Shown piece by piece: positions 40,512 through 52,995 of a DNA stretch of 64,000 bases (position 1 is the stretch's first letter; each line of letters starts with the position of its first letter). Under the pieces are notes generated by a model. That model was given only the letters and a program-made list of their open reading frames with translations. It searched no databases and was not told the origin of the DNA. The stretch is from Malacoraja senta (Eukaryota), in the NCBI GenBank assembly GCA_038087875.1, contig CM075991.1, forward strand, positions 10,852,001 to 10,916,000. The letters run 5' to 3'. Made by a program: the position numbers and the translations under genes.

Positions 40512-41045
40512 TTGACCACTGCCCAGTCCATCACCGGCTCTGACCTCCCCACCATCGAAGGGATCTGTCGCAGTCGCTGCCTCAAAAAGGCAGCCACCAT
40601 CATCAAAGACCCACACCATCCTAGCCACACACTCATTTCACCATTGCCATCGGGAAGAAGGTACAGGAGCCTGAAAACTGTAACATCCAGATTCAGGAAC
40701 AGCTTCTTCCCTACATCCATCAGGCTATTAAACACGGCAACAAATAAGCTCTGAACTACGAAGGTACACAAAAATGCTGGAGAAACTCAGCGGGTGCAGC
40801 AGCATCTATGGAGCAAAGGAAATAGGTAACGTTTCGGGCCGAAACCCTTCTTCAGAGCTCTGACCTACAACAGACTATTATTTATATTTGTTTATTTATT
40901 GAGTATGTGTGCATGTGTATATACACACACTGAACTTTTTTTTTCTCTCTCCCGTTAGGTACTATGTACTATGTTTACATATTCTGTTGTGCTGCAGCAA
41001 GTAAGAATTTCATTGTCCTATCTGGGACACATGACAATAAAACAC
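40512..41045 (+). mobile_element. Rex1/Babar-like LINE 3' fragment with a nested Penelope-derived insert
   Basis: IIKDPHHPSHTLISPLPSGRRYRSLK..RFRNSFFP; tail gggacacatgacaataaa; insert at ~40760-40855. Confidence 0.8.
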
Positions 41046-41205
41046 TCGACTCTTTCCACTGACTGGATAGCACACAACAAAAAAACTTTGCACTCTGCCT
41101 CGGTGCACGTGACATTAATAATAAACCAAACTAAACTATCTGGTCATGGGCTCGGAAGGTGCTGTCTAAGGAGAGCATATTAGTCGCTGTTACAAAGAAG
41201 GAAGG

Positions 41206-41438
41206 TACACAAAAATGCTGGAGAAACTCAGCGGGTGCAGCAGCATCTATGGAGCGAAGGAAATAGGCAACGTTTCGGGCCGAAACCCTTCTTCAGACTG
41301 ATAGGGGGTGGGGAGAAGAAAGGAAAAAGGCGGAGGAGGAGCCCGAGGGCTGAGGGATGGGAGGAGATAACCAGAGGGCTGAGGAAGGGGAGGAGACAGC
41401 AAGGGCTAGCAAAATTGGGAGAATTCAATGTTCAATCC
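41206..41438 (-). mobile_element. Penelope-like element 3' fragment (ORF end, UTR, hammerhead-like motif)
   Basis: Minus strand reads LNIEFSQFC* (41435-41406; resembles the ..GLNIEFS C-terminus of vertebrate Penelope ORFs), then a pyrimidine-rich UTR and CTGAAGA..GAAACGTT (41296-41269). 15-bp TSD TACAAAGAAGGAAGG. Confidence 0.72.
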
Positions 41439-41454
41439 TACAAAGAAGGAAGGA

Positions 41455-41850
41455 TGGGTTAATGACTGAAAACCGATATGGATTTGTTAAAGGCAAATGA
41501 TGTTTGACTAATTTGACTGAGGGCTTTGGTGAGGTAATAGAGACAGTGGGGGAGGCAAGCACAGCTGATGTTGTGAGCATGGACTTCAAAAAGTTGTTTA
41601 AAAATGCTAACAAAATGAAAGACCGTGACACCAAGGGGCTTATGGTTCCACTGATGCGAAATTGGCCAGGGGAGCTGCAGGGGATTCATATTTTTTCCGA
41701 CTGGAAGGAGGAATATGATGCAGCTCATCACGGACTGGGAAATAGAAACACTTCACTGTTTATTCTGTATTAATGATCTGGACTCAAGTACGCACGGTAC
41801 AATTTCAAAGCTTGAAAATGATACAACAGCCGGAAATGTAGTAAACAATA
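41455..41850 (+). mobile_element. Old CR1 RT fragment
   Basis: Degenerate GFVKGK*CLTNL..DVVSMDF and INDLDS..ISK motifs. Confidence 0.65.
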
Positions 41851-43269
41851 TGTGGAGATACAAATTTTGGGGGGAAGTTAACTCAGAGATAAGATCAATT
41901 GGGGAGAGTAACTGCGATCCAAATAGGGTCATTCTTCAAAGTGGGCAGAAGAGCAGAAAGCCTTCAGGGTGAACGTAACACTGTGGAAGGGACAGTATAA
42001 GTTGAGGAGGCTGTTTAAAATGCCTAAAACAATCTGACAGCAGACATCAATTTGCGAAAGCAAGCTATATCAGTATTTGCAGAGCAATGAAGTGAGATTT
42101 GAACCCTGAATCTCTGCGGAATGAGTCATCACAAAAACTGATTTATTTTCCCAAACCAGTCCTCAGTTTGCAAGGACTCAGTTCGCTAGCTGTATAATAA
42201 GCCTGGGAAATGGCTGATTGTTTTTGCAATGTGATCGGGTCTATCTGCCTGCGTTTGGACAGGGGGTGGAGGCAGTTAAGATCCGCACATTCATGATGGT
42301 GACTTTCTTTATAAACCTCCCTCACGTGACAATCGATCAATCAATCAAAGGACAAAGGACAAAGGACATTTATTGTCATGTACACCAATTGGTGTAGTGA
42401 AATTTGAGTTGCTATTTACATTATTAATCGATCAGGAATATAATAGCTCAATGAATCTGACATCCTCCAATAATTGGAAAATGATAAATTAGGCGTAAAC
42501 ATAGAATATTATAGACAATAGACAATAGGTGCAGGAGTCGGCCATTCGGCCCTTCGAGCCAGCACCGCCATTCAATGCGATCATGGCTGATCATCCCCAA
42601 TCAGTACCCCGTTCCTGCCTTCTCCCCATATCCCCTGACTCCGCTATTTTTAAGAGCCCTATCTAGCTCTCTCTTGACAGTAACATTGGACAGTAAAGCA
42701 CAGGAACAGGCCCTTCGGCCCAGCCTCTGCCGGAACATGTTACCAAGACCAACTCTTATCTGCATGCACATAATCCACTTCCCTCCATATCCATGTGCCT
42801 ATCCAAAAGTCTCTTAAATGCCATTATCATGTCTGCTTCAACCACCACCCCCAGCCTACAACATATTCCAGGCACTCACCACCCTCTGTGCAACATATTT
42901 GCCACACGCATCTCCCTTGAACTTTGCCCCTCTCACCTTAAAGCCATGCCCTCGAGTATTTGATTTTTTTCCATCCTAGGAAAAAGGTTCTGACTGTCTA
43001 CCTCTCATAACTTTACATACTTCCCGCAACCTCCGACATTAATCTAAGGCTGTTCTAACTCAATTGTAACTACACTTCTCTAATCCAGGCATTATTCTGG
43101 CAAACCTCCTCTGGCACCCCTAGCCAAAGCTCACACAGTCCTCCTGTAATGGGGTCACTAGAACATCCCACAATACTCCAAATGCAACCTAACCAGTCCT
43201 ATAAAGCTGCATCATGACTTCCTATCTCTTATATTCAATGCCCCGACCAATGAAAGCAAGCATACCGAC

Positions 43270-43797
43270 TCCAACTGGTCCAGAATGCAGCCGCTCGACT
43301 CATCACCCACACCAAATCCTGGCACCACATCACCCCAGTTCTCAAAGAACTTCACTGGCTTCCCATTTCCCACCAGATCACCTACAAAATCCTGGTCCTC
43401 ACCTACAAAGCCCTCAACAACCTGGCCCCCCCACTTATCTCATTGACCTCCTCTCCCCCCTACCAACCCTCACGGTCCCTCAGATCCACATCAGCTGGTC
43501 TCCTCTCCACTCCGAAATCAAACCTCTGCACTTTTGGAGGCAGAGCCTTCTCCAGGGCAGCTCCCAGGCTCTGGAATTCCCTCCCACAACCGGTCCGAAA
43601 TTCTGAGTCCCTCACCATCTTCCAGTCCCGCCTCAAGACCCATCTCTTCACCTCTGCATACCCTTAGTCCCATGTTCCTCTCCCCTCTGTCTTACTGCTC
43701 TATTTTGTTTTGTTTATTCCTGACTCTCAATTGTAAAGCGACTTTGAGTCCTGAAAAGCGCTATATAAATAAAATCTATTATTATTATTATTATTAT
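43270..43797 (+). mobile_element. L2 LINE 3' fragment
   Basis: QLVQNAAARL..HITPVLKELHWLP..YKIL and RAFSRAAPRLWNSLP..FQSRLKTHLF; (ATT)n tail. Confidence 0.88.
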
Positions 43798-45296
43798 ATG
43801 CTTTCTTTGCTATGTTATCTACACGTGTGGTCGCTTTCAGGGCGTTATAGACTTGGACCCCAATGCTGTTGACTGTCATGCCAATAATGTCAATATTTTT
43901 CCCTTACATTTGACCTCCCAAATTGTCACCCATTCCTTCTGCCCACAGGTGCTGCCTGTCCCACTGAGTTACTCCAGGTTTTTGTGTCTATCTTTGATAT
44001 GGATTTGAATCTTGGTTTCAGGAAAAAGTTCAGTCCCATCTCCTAGTGTTTCTCTGGACAGGGTTAATCCTACTCCTTAGATTAAGATATCATCGCTTCT
44101 CTCTGGTTATAAGAAGCAGGGTGGATTTCCACTGCCAGTTAAAACAAAATCTGAAGAAGGTTGCCGACCCTGGACGATTCCCTCCACAGATGCGGTCTTC
44201 CCCACTGAGTCACTCCAGCACTTTGTGTTTTACTCAAGGTTCTAGCACCCGCAGTTCCTTGTGACTCCAAGATAAAAAACCTCAGCTTTCTTGTACCAGC
44301 CAGCAACTTCACAGTTGGCTGGTACAATTTCACCTTTACAGCCTCTCTAACCTCGCTGAAGAAATGCAGTCATTTGAACACCACCTCTGGCTGCCGTAGG
44401 ATACCCCGAGCCACTTTCAAGCCAATAAGAGTAGTTATGGAACCTGAGCACGGTTGTAGGGGAGGGAAATATATTGGCCAATTTCCTTGCTGCCAGCTCC
44501 CATAAAACCCAATGACAAGATAATGCGCTGAAGTAATATTGAGCGGAGGGTAAATATTTGCACTGAGGATAGCCAGACTTTTTCAAAAATTTTAGGAAAC
44601 GCTCATCATTTAGCACACGAACAAAACAACTTGACACTGTGCCCATAGGCATCAGATAAGATGCGAATAACAAATTGGCATGTTTACCATTCAGAAGCCT
44701 TTGGGTGCATACATTTATAAGGGACCCACAAAGGAACCTGTCAATTAATTCAACATTATAACTGGCAGTAGGATGCAACATCCCATTTATTTCTATGGAA
44801 ACTATTTCAAAATGATTCTACTCCTGTTTGCAAAGGGAGCACTAATGCACCGGTTTTATTCTGTTTCCATCCCTAGCTAATGAACATCCATAACTATGAC
44901 GTTGCTATGACTTTGCTGACGAGCAACAATGACCTTGGTTATCACCGTTGCATTGACAATGACTCTGCCTCAGCCCTGGCTGCTCATGTTCATTTTTAAC
45001 CTGTTGCAACTTCTAAAGTAAAGGTTGCACGCAAGTTAACTGGTAATACAATGGGGGGAATCAATATTGTGATTGTGCTTCCAAAACGGAAAGACAAAAG
45101 AAAACTATCTGGAAGATAGACACAAAATGTGAAGTAACTCAAGATGCTAGCACCTGCAGTTCCAAAATAAAAATCTCAGCTTTCTTGTCCAGCCAGCAAC
45201 TTCACAGTTGGCTGGTGCAATTTCACGTTTATGGCCCCTGTAACCACAGCTGAAGAAATGCAGGCTACATCTCTGGAGAGAAGAAGGAAAGGGTGA

Positions 45297-45808
45297 CATG
45301 GATACATAGATACATAGATACATAGAAAATAGGTGCAGGAGTAGGCCATTCGGCCCTTCGAGCCTGCACCGCCATTCAATATGATCATGGCTGATCATCC
45401 AACTCAGTATCCCGTACCTGCCTTCTCTCCATACCCCCTGATCCCCTTAGCCACAAGGGCCACATCTAACTCCCTCTTAAATATAGCCAATGAACTGGCC
45501 TCAACTACCCTCTGTGGCAGAGAGTTCCAGAGATTCACCACTCTCTGTGTGAAAAAGTTTTTCTTCATCTCGGTCTTAAAGGATTTCCCACTTATCCTTG
45601 TCCTGGACTTCCCCAACATCGGGAACAATCTTCCTGCATCTAGCCTGTCCAACCCCATAAGAATTTTGTACGTTTCTATAAGATCCCCTCTCAATCTCCT
45701 AAATTCTAGCGAGTATAAGCCAAGTCTATCCAGTCTTTCTTCATATGAAAGTCCTGACATCCCAGGAATCAGTCTGGTGAACCTTCTCTGCACTCCCTCT
45801 ATGGCTAT
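45297..45808 (-). mobile_element. CR1 LINE 3' fragment
   Basis: ORF 45404-45853 AIEGVQRRFTRLIPGM..FFTQRVVNLWNSLP; (TATGTATC)n tail; close to 16813-17298. Confidence 0.9.
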
Positions 45809-46470
45809 AGGGAGTGACGTTTCGGGTTGAGACAATTCTTCAGACTCCAACATTTTGCCTCGATTCTAAGCCCTGGCATTCCATTCATAAACTTTTCCAC
45901 TAGCCTCTCCACAACTTCCTTTAAAAAAGTACTTCAAACCGGGTTCATTGACCAAACATTTGCTCACTAGGTCAAGTATGTCCTAGTGTCTATTATTGAC
46001 ACGTAAATCTCCTGTGAAGCATCTTTGGACATGTTGCTTTGCATCAATGTACGTTCTTGCTGTTACTGGTCAGGAGAAGGTAGTGAAGACCTTGTCATGT
46101 TGTCACTTGCGGGTGGATTCCTTGTATGTGAATTCCTTGTATGTGAATATACTTGGCCAATAAACGTATTCATTCTTCTTCTTATGTTGGGTAGATGGGC
46201 CTGTTTCAGTGCTGTTCGACTTTATGACTCCAAGTGCAGTGACTGAAGGCAATATTGCAGTGAAAGACTCCGCAGTGATTTTCATGTCCAAGTGTTAAGT
46301 TATAGTTCTTCATCGACACTGTTATCACAGCCAAGGAGCAACAGAACTGAGTGCGTGGGGTGTTCAAGCAGCAGGCAATAGTTCTGCATGCATTTGAGGC
46401 TAACCCAAGGCTTATCCCCCTATATCATTGGGACCAACGGCAAACAGCTGGCCACTACAGTGGATTTACT

Positions 46471-46598
46471 CTGAAGAAGGGTCTCGACTTGAAACGTCAC
46501 CTATTTCTTTTCTCCAGAGATGCTGCCTGACCTGCTCAGTTACTCCAGTTTTTTGAGTCTATCTTCGGTTCAAACCAGCATCTGCAGTTCCTCCCCAC
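46471..46598 (+). mobile_element. Monomeric 128-bp Penelope-derived insert starting at CTGAAGA
   Basis: Perfect 14-bp TSD ACAGTGGATTTACT (46457-46470, 46599-46612); begins CTGAAGAAGGGTCTCGACTTGAAACGTC. Confidence 0.82.
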
Positions 46599-46749
46599 AC
46601 AGTGGATTTACTGTCAGTCGCCAAGACTTTGGGTCCAATGTCAACAGACAGCATTTGAGGGAACTAAAATTGGATGGGGAACATGTGTGGTTAACCTCGG
46701 AGAAGAAGGGGAATTGGGAAGAAATGAACGGAGATCAGAAGGTTTAGGA

Positions 46750-46937
46750 GGCCCCAAGTGTCCACGTCGCGGGGCTGGAAGCTGGAAGTATCCTGAGCTA
46801 ATTCTGCTACCACCATCATCTATTGCAACAAGTGACGGCTCCCACTGATTGTCGCCGGAAGCTTGCGTCCTTTTCAGGATGGACGATGGCAGCGCGGCCA
46901 ACATTTGTAACAAGATGGACACGAAAAGAAGAAGAAA
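46750..46937 (+). mobile_element. Second short Vingi-like non-autonomous element with a degenerate HDV-like ribozyme head
   Basis: TSD AAGGTTTA(G/C)GA (46739-46749, 46938-46948). P1 GGCCCC/GGGGCU, P3 GUG/CGC, L3 UCCACGU, GG, J4/2 GCUAA; P2 reduced. Ends ACACGAAAAGAAGAAGAA. Confidence 0.7.
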
Positions 46938-47859
46938 AAGGTTTACGAGACGTCATAAAATAAATAGATGGCCCTTGAATACAAAATACAGGAAGGACTG
47001 GGCACTAATCCATTTTTACACTGCACCAGAGGGATCAAATCCTGCTTATATCTGAAACTAATTTCAACTGTTCACTGCATCACAAACTAATTAAACCTTG
47101 TCAGACAGAAAATTATAACAATAATTTTGAAAGTTTTTTTTTTAACACACAGAAGCCTACGGGGTCTTCACCTGCACTTATGTCAACAAAATAAAGACGG
47201 AGTCTCATCCGTATACCTATCCAGTTCCGTGTGCCCTCGAGGCCACAGGAGCTGGGCAGCTGCCAACCTGTGAAATGGATGCAGAGAATTCTCTTCTATG
47301 TATTATCTTTAATGGGTGGCACGGTGGCACAGCGGTAGTCGCTGCCTTACAGCGCCACAGACCCGGGTTCGATCCTGACGACGGGTGCAGCCTGTACGGA
47401 GTTTGCACGTTCTCCCCGCGACCGCGTGGGTTTTCTCCGAGATCTTCGAGAACAGTTTCCTCCCACACTCCAAAGGTTCACCCTCACACACCCTCCTTTG
47501 AGAGGACATGGTTACAAAGACGTGGTGTCATAGTGGCTGCCTCACAGCATCAGAGGTTCGATCCTGACTTGGGGCGCATTCTATGTGGAGTTTGTTCGTT
47601 CTCCCCGTGACCACATGCGTTTCCTCCGGGTGCTGAACTTCCCGCCCACAACCCAAAGATGTGCGGGTTTGTAGGTTAATTGGCACTCTCTGTAAAGTGC
47701 CCCCAGTGTGTAGAGAGCGGATGCGGAAGTGGGATAACAGAATTAGCGTGAATGGGTGAGTGTGGACTCGGTGGGCCGAATGGCCCGTTTCCACACTGTA
47801 TCTCTAAAGTCTAAAGCCCAAAGTGTCGGAGTAACTTACTGTATGAATAAGAAACCTAC

Positions 47860-48045
47860 CATTTTCAGTAGAAGCCGGTTGTCCCTGAGCGCTCCGACCA
47901 TCCCAACGAAGGAGACCAAAAAGATGCTGACGCCCAGGAGTATCAGGATGACAGCGGGTGCCACGAAAAACCCTTCCATCGTTTTGTTCTGCTGCCTTTC
48001 CACCTCGGCATAAATGCCAATACAAATGATGAGTAATCCCAGCAT
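47860..48045 (-). CDS. TSPAN15: Tetraspanin-15(-like) internal coding exon (exon 2 equivalent; end of TM1, small loop, TM2), 186 bp
   Basis: tcctcgcag|ATG CTG GGA...CTG AAA ATG|gtaggt. Translates MLGLLIICIGIYAEVERQQNKTMEGFFVAPAVILILLGVSIFLVSFVGMVGALRDNRLLLKM. GIYAEVERQ, APAxILILLGV and LRDN match TSPAN15 as I recall it. Confidence 0.95.
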
Positions 48046-48141
48046 CTGCGAGGAAACATGATCAGTTACAATCCCAGAGCAGTCAAACAGGAACAAAGTA
48101 TATACTGTAACCTCCAACAATCATTGGAGCAACTAGGCGGT

Positions 48142-48470
48142 GGCCCTGTCCCACTGTACAAGTTCATTCAAGAGCTCTCCAGAGTTTAAAAAAAAATCTA
48201 ACTCGTGGTAAGCACGGAGAATGAACGTAGCGGGTACGTCGGAGCTCGGGGACGTCTCTTAGCGGCTCGTAACGCTAACGGCAGGTACTCGTGAAGACTC
48301 GCTAACGGCAGGTAAGCTCGGGAAGACTCGGGAAGATTTTTCAACATGTTGAAAAATGTCCACGAGAGCCCCGAGTACCGACGGGCGGCCATTACCGTAA
48401 ATCTCCGAGTTCGAATCAGGGCAAACTCGGGAGAACTCTTTGAATGAACTCGTACAGTGGGACAGGGCTT
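48142..48470. mobile_element. Harbinger-type MITE, inverted near-identical copy of 34292-34622
   Basis: GCCCTGTCCCACTGTAC...GTACAGTGGGACAGGGC. The same pseudo-ORF (MAARRYSGLSWTFFNMLKNL) appears on opposite strands in the two copies. Confidence 0.85.
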
Positions 48471-50139
48471 TCACAGCGCCCGAGACCCTGGTTCGATCCT
48501 GACTACGGGAGCTGTCTGCACGGAGTTTGTAACTTCTCCCCGTGACCCGCGCGGGTTTTCTCCAGCATCACCGGTTTTCCCCCACACTCCACAGGTTTGC
48601 AGGTTAATAGGCTTGGTAAAAAATTGTAAATATTTCCCAGTGTCACGGATAGAGCTAATGTACGGGGCGATCGCTGGTTGGCGCGGACTCGATGGGCCGA
48701 AGGGCCTGTTTCCGCACTGTATCTCTAAACTAAAAAAAACTACACAGTGGGTGGAGCAGCGTCTGTTGGGGTGAAGGAACGTCCTCCTGCAGATGATGCT
48801 CGGCCAACTGAGTTCCTCCAGCCGATTGCTTGTTGCTTCAGATTCCAGCATCTGTAGTCAATCGTGGCAGAGAGAATGGTAACAGGATTACTAGTGAGAG
48901 AGGGGCAGTACAGCATTCAAATGTTAGCGCAGCAGAGTGGAGCAAGTGTATATCAAGCATGAATTTGGTTTTTATAGAGCGCGCTGACCGCTGAAGTGTA
49001 TTGAGCCCTGGGGCCAGCGGTTTCATTGGGAGGGGATGGCATTCAAAGATGCATTCACTAAATTTGACCACTCAAGTCAGTTCACTGAACCTGTGGTAGA
49101 ATATCATCCTGTTCCAGGAACTTGGTTCTGAGCACTGACCTTCATATCGATGAAGGTCAATGCCTAGTCACCTGTAGTTGCCTAAAAAAATAGCCTAAGC
49201 GGGACAATTGCCAAAGACCAGTGTTCGATCCTGACTACGGGTGCTGTCTGTGAGCAGTTTGTACATGTTCCCCGTGACCGTGTGGGTTTTCTCCGGGTGC
49301 TCCCACAGTCCAAAGGCGTGCAGGTCCCCGATCCAAAATGTCACCTATCCTTTTCTCCCCAGAGATAATAATAATATAATAATAATGATAATAATATCTT
49401 TTATTGTCATTGCACATAGGTGCAACGAGATTTGGTATGCAGCTTCCATCCGATAGTCATAACTTAAACATCTAATAAAATTTAGATACCCCGAGAAACA
49501 TGATTTATTAAAAAATAAATTAAAAAAAAATGCTGCCCATCCTGCTGAGTTACTCCAGCACTTTGTGTCTATCTTCGGCACAAACCAGCATCTGCAGTTA
49601 CTTTCCACAGGCAAGATTCCCAGATCGGTGGATCGTTGGCTGGGGACGGTGTGATCCCCAGAGGTTTCAGTTTCATGATTAATCATTAGGACTCTGTGGG
49701 ATGAGAGAATGAATGGCTTCAAGCGAAATGGAGAACGGGAGGAGTTGGCTGGCTGAAGAGATGATGGTGCAAGGCAGAAGTGAGTGGTAGTGAGGTGAGT
49801 AAAGGCGCATAAGGTCATATAAAGAATAAAACAGCAGAGACAATGGATGCATGGAGCTCGGCTGTCTCACAATGTTATCTGTTTATTTATTTCATATTTC
49901 CAGTGTACTGTCTTTGTTCTCACCAAATGTTCACAACCCTGAAGGATGTTATGTGTATGATTCACCAGCCTCAGCACACTTTCTTTGAAGAACGCCAGAT
50001 AATAACTATCAATTCAATGAATCATCTTCTTAAGATCCGCATCCATTCAATACAAGGGAGGCAACTCATCGACCGCAGAACCAAGGCTACTCAGCAGGTT
50101 CTGCATCCGGCTCAACACTGTGAAAGATTCTTTCTTAAC

Positions 50140-50422
50140 TCTCTTCACCTACACCAAACCCAAACCAATTCGGAGCAGACGAGGGCATTCGATTCAATTT
50201 GAGATGGCAGCTACCAAGACAGATGTGTACAGCAATTCATTCTTCCCCCACACAATTAAAGGATGGAATAATCTTCACCCTACCATAGTTACCCAACCAG
50301 ATGCAACTAAATTTAAGGTAGCTCTTTCTTCCCAAGAATCCTCTCTGGCTTAAGTCCTCCCTCCACACCTCCAGTTTAAATTCCATTTGGAATATTTTGG
50401 AGGACCAAGAAACCAAGAAACC
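50140..50422 (+). mobile_element. Non-LTR retrotransposon 3' fragment (RTEX/CR1-group-like)
   Basis: RRGHSIQF..YSNSFFPHTIKGWNNL..FKVAL*; (CCAAGAAA)n tail. Confidence 0.6.
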
Positions 50423-52559
50423 CAGAGATTTATGAGTGATCATTAAATACAGGCAAGGTGCTGGAAGACTGGAGGCAAATGATGTGCCTCTAGTCATTGA
50501 GTCCTTTGGCCCTCACCTGCCCTCACCTGCCAACATGCCCCAGCTACACTAGTCCCACCTGCTTGCGTTTGGCCCACTTCGCTCCAAACCTGTCCTATCT
50601 GACATCTATATTCAAGAAGGACTGCAGGGAAAAGGCTGAGAACTACAGGCCAGTGGGTTTAACATTTGTGGTCAGAAACATACTGGAAAGTATTCTGAAG
50701 GATAGGATACACATGCTTTTAGATGGACACAGGCTGATTAGGGATAGTCAAGATGTACGTGGGAGGTTGTACCGTGTGGGTTTCCTCTGGGTGCTCCAGT
50801 CCCATCCCACAGGCGTGCGGGTTGGTAAGTTAGCTGACCTCTACAAATTGCCCCAAGTTAATCAGTATATAGGAAGGAACTGCAGATGCTGGTTTAAACC
50901 CGAAGATAGACACAAAATGCTGGAGTAACTCCGTGGGACAGGCAGCATCTCTCCGAGACCCTCCAGCATTTTGTGTATATATATATTTTTTTCATATTAA
51001 AAAAATGTGTATATAAACACACATACTGTATATATACACACACTGAAATTTGTGTTGTTTATTATCATGTTTGCAGACTACTGTTTTTACACATCTGTGT
51101 ACTGCTGCAATTAAGAATGTCATAGTTTTGTTTTGGGACATATGACAATAAAACACTCTTGACTCACGTGCAGGGAATGGATGCAAACATTAGGTGACAT
51201 AGAACTAGTGTGGACGGGTGATCGATGGTCAGTGTGGATTCAGTGGAGTGAAGAGCTTGTCAAATGCTGCATCTGTAAACTGAACTAAGTAGATGAGAGA
51301 TAAAGAATCGATGGCTGCAAAATGCTGGTTTAATAGCATTGATGCCCAAGGTTTGTATAGAAAGCCCAGCAGCTGAACAGAGACCTCTGCTGCCCTCTAA
51401 ACAACACATATTCCTTTCGGTTAACTGATAGTTCACACTGGGAGAACATCCTTTACACATTCCAGTGCAAATCAGCCTAGTTCCTCCCCGCACCATTCAC
51501 ACACGTCAGTTGCCGAACATCTCTTGCAATCTCTTCACTCTGCACAAACTGCCCGAGATGACTTCACTTCTCCCTAACGAGATTCATTAGTCTTTCTTGG
51601 CTTCACATCCTTTCCTCTGCTCAGAATTTACTTGACATCGATCATCCTCATTAAGCAGCATTTGTGTGCATGGCAAAAAAGTAAATAGGACTGATTATAT
51701 CAGAGCAATCTCTGAAGCGCTCAATCTCAAGGCTAGAACATATTAAGTGTGCTGTTCAGTGCAATTCAAAACAAGTAACTGGCAACTCCTGGAGAGCCTT
51801 ATCTGTGCAAGACTCGTTCACACTGCAGTAAATTGGGTAATTGATGATCCACAGTGGGTGTTCACTCTATTAAATTACAACTATGTTTGATATTCTTCTG
51901 TTCTGTTTTGATATTCTGTTGTTCACATTTCCCTCCATTAGTTGAGTGTGCAGAATCTTGGTTGGTCATCAGTTCTTGTTCATTGTGATAGCTCTTTGTG
52001 GATGAATTGAGGCATGCATGAGTTGAGAAGCAAAGATTTTTTTCTTCAAATGTGGGATCCATTGCAAGCCAAGACAGGCCTCCAATGCTCTTCCTAAATC
52101 TCCCAAGATCTAATGTCCGGAACTTCAGTCAAGCACAGAGGGTCGAAAGCCAATTTTGCTTCCAAGAAGTGCAAAGCGACTTCATTAATTCATGGAACAA
52201 GGTAATGCAGCACTTTATGCAAGAGCCAATGTTTCAGTCATTATTCTACTTTCTCATTTTCCATCAGACCCACAATATTTCTTCTATGAAAATGTTTATC
52301 CAATTCAAGTTGATTAAATCCCATTCCACCCATGAATTCCAGATCAGAACAACACTTTGGGTAAATCGTACGGCACGGTGGCGCAATGGTAGGGTTGCTG
52401 CCAAACAGCATCAGAGACCAGGTTCGATCCTGACTACGGGTGCTGGCTGTACAGAGTTTATATGTTCTCCCTATGAGTGCGTGAGTTTTTCTCTAGGTGC
52501 TCCAGTTTCCCCCCACACTCCGAAGACGTACAGGTTTATAAGAATCAGGAGTGCAGCTT

Positions 52560-52995
52560 TACACCACTTTAGTGAGGACATATTTGGAGTATGCATGCAG
52601 TTCAGGATGTGGAGGTTTTGGAGAGGGTGTAGAGGGGGCTGACTAGAATGATGCCTGGAATTAGGGGTTTTAGCTTAAGGGGGAGGTTGGACAGACGGAT
52701 AGTTTCCTCTGAAATGCCTCTGGAGGTTCAGCGAAGATCTGATAGAAGTATATAAAATTAAGAGAGGTATGGATCGGGTGGTCAGTCAGAACCTTTTTCC
52801 CAGGATGGAAATAACAAACAGTAAAGGGCATGGCTTTAAAGTGAGTGGGGCAAAGTTTAAAGGAGATGTGTGGGGCAGGTTTTTTTGACACAGAGGGTGG
52901 TAAGTGACTTGAACACGCTGCCTGGGGTGGTGGTGGAGGCAGATAAAATAGTTGCACCAAAGAAACTTTGTGATAGGCTCATGGTTATGCAGGAA
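52560..52995 (+). mobile_element. Degenerate CR1 3' fragment
   Basis: Decayed remnants of the LEYxxQF, DLIEVYKI, GHGFKV and FLTQRVV motifs. Confidence 0.7.

Noticed and set aside
52052..52642. 196-aa ORF
   Set aside because: Runs from unique sequence into a SINE and then a CR1 fragment; no recognisable domain or splice context.
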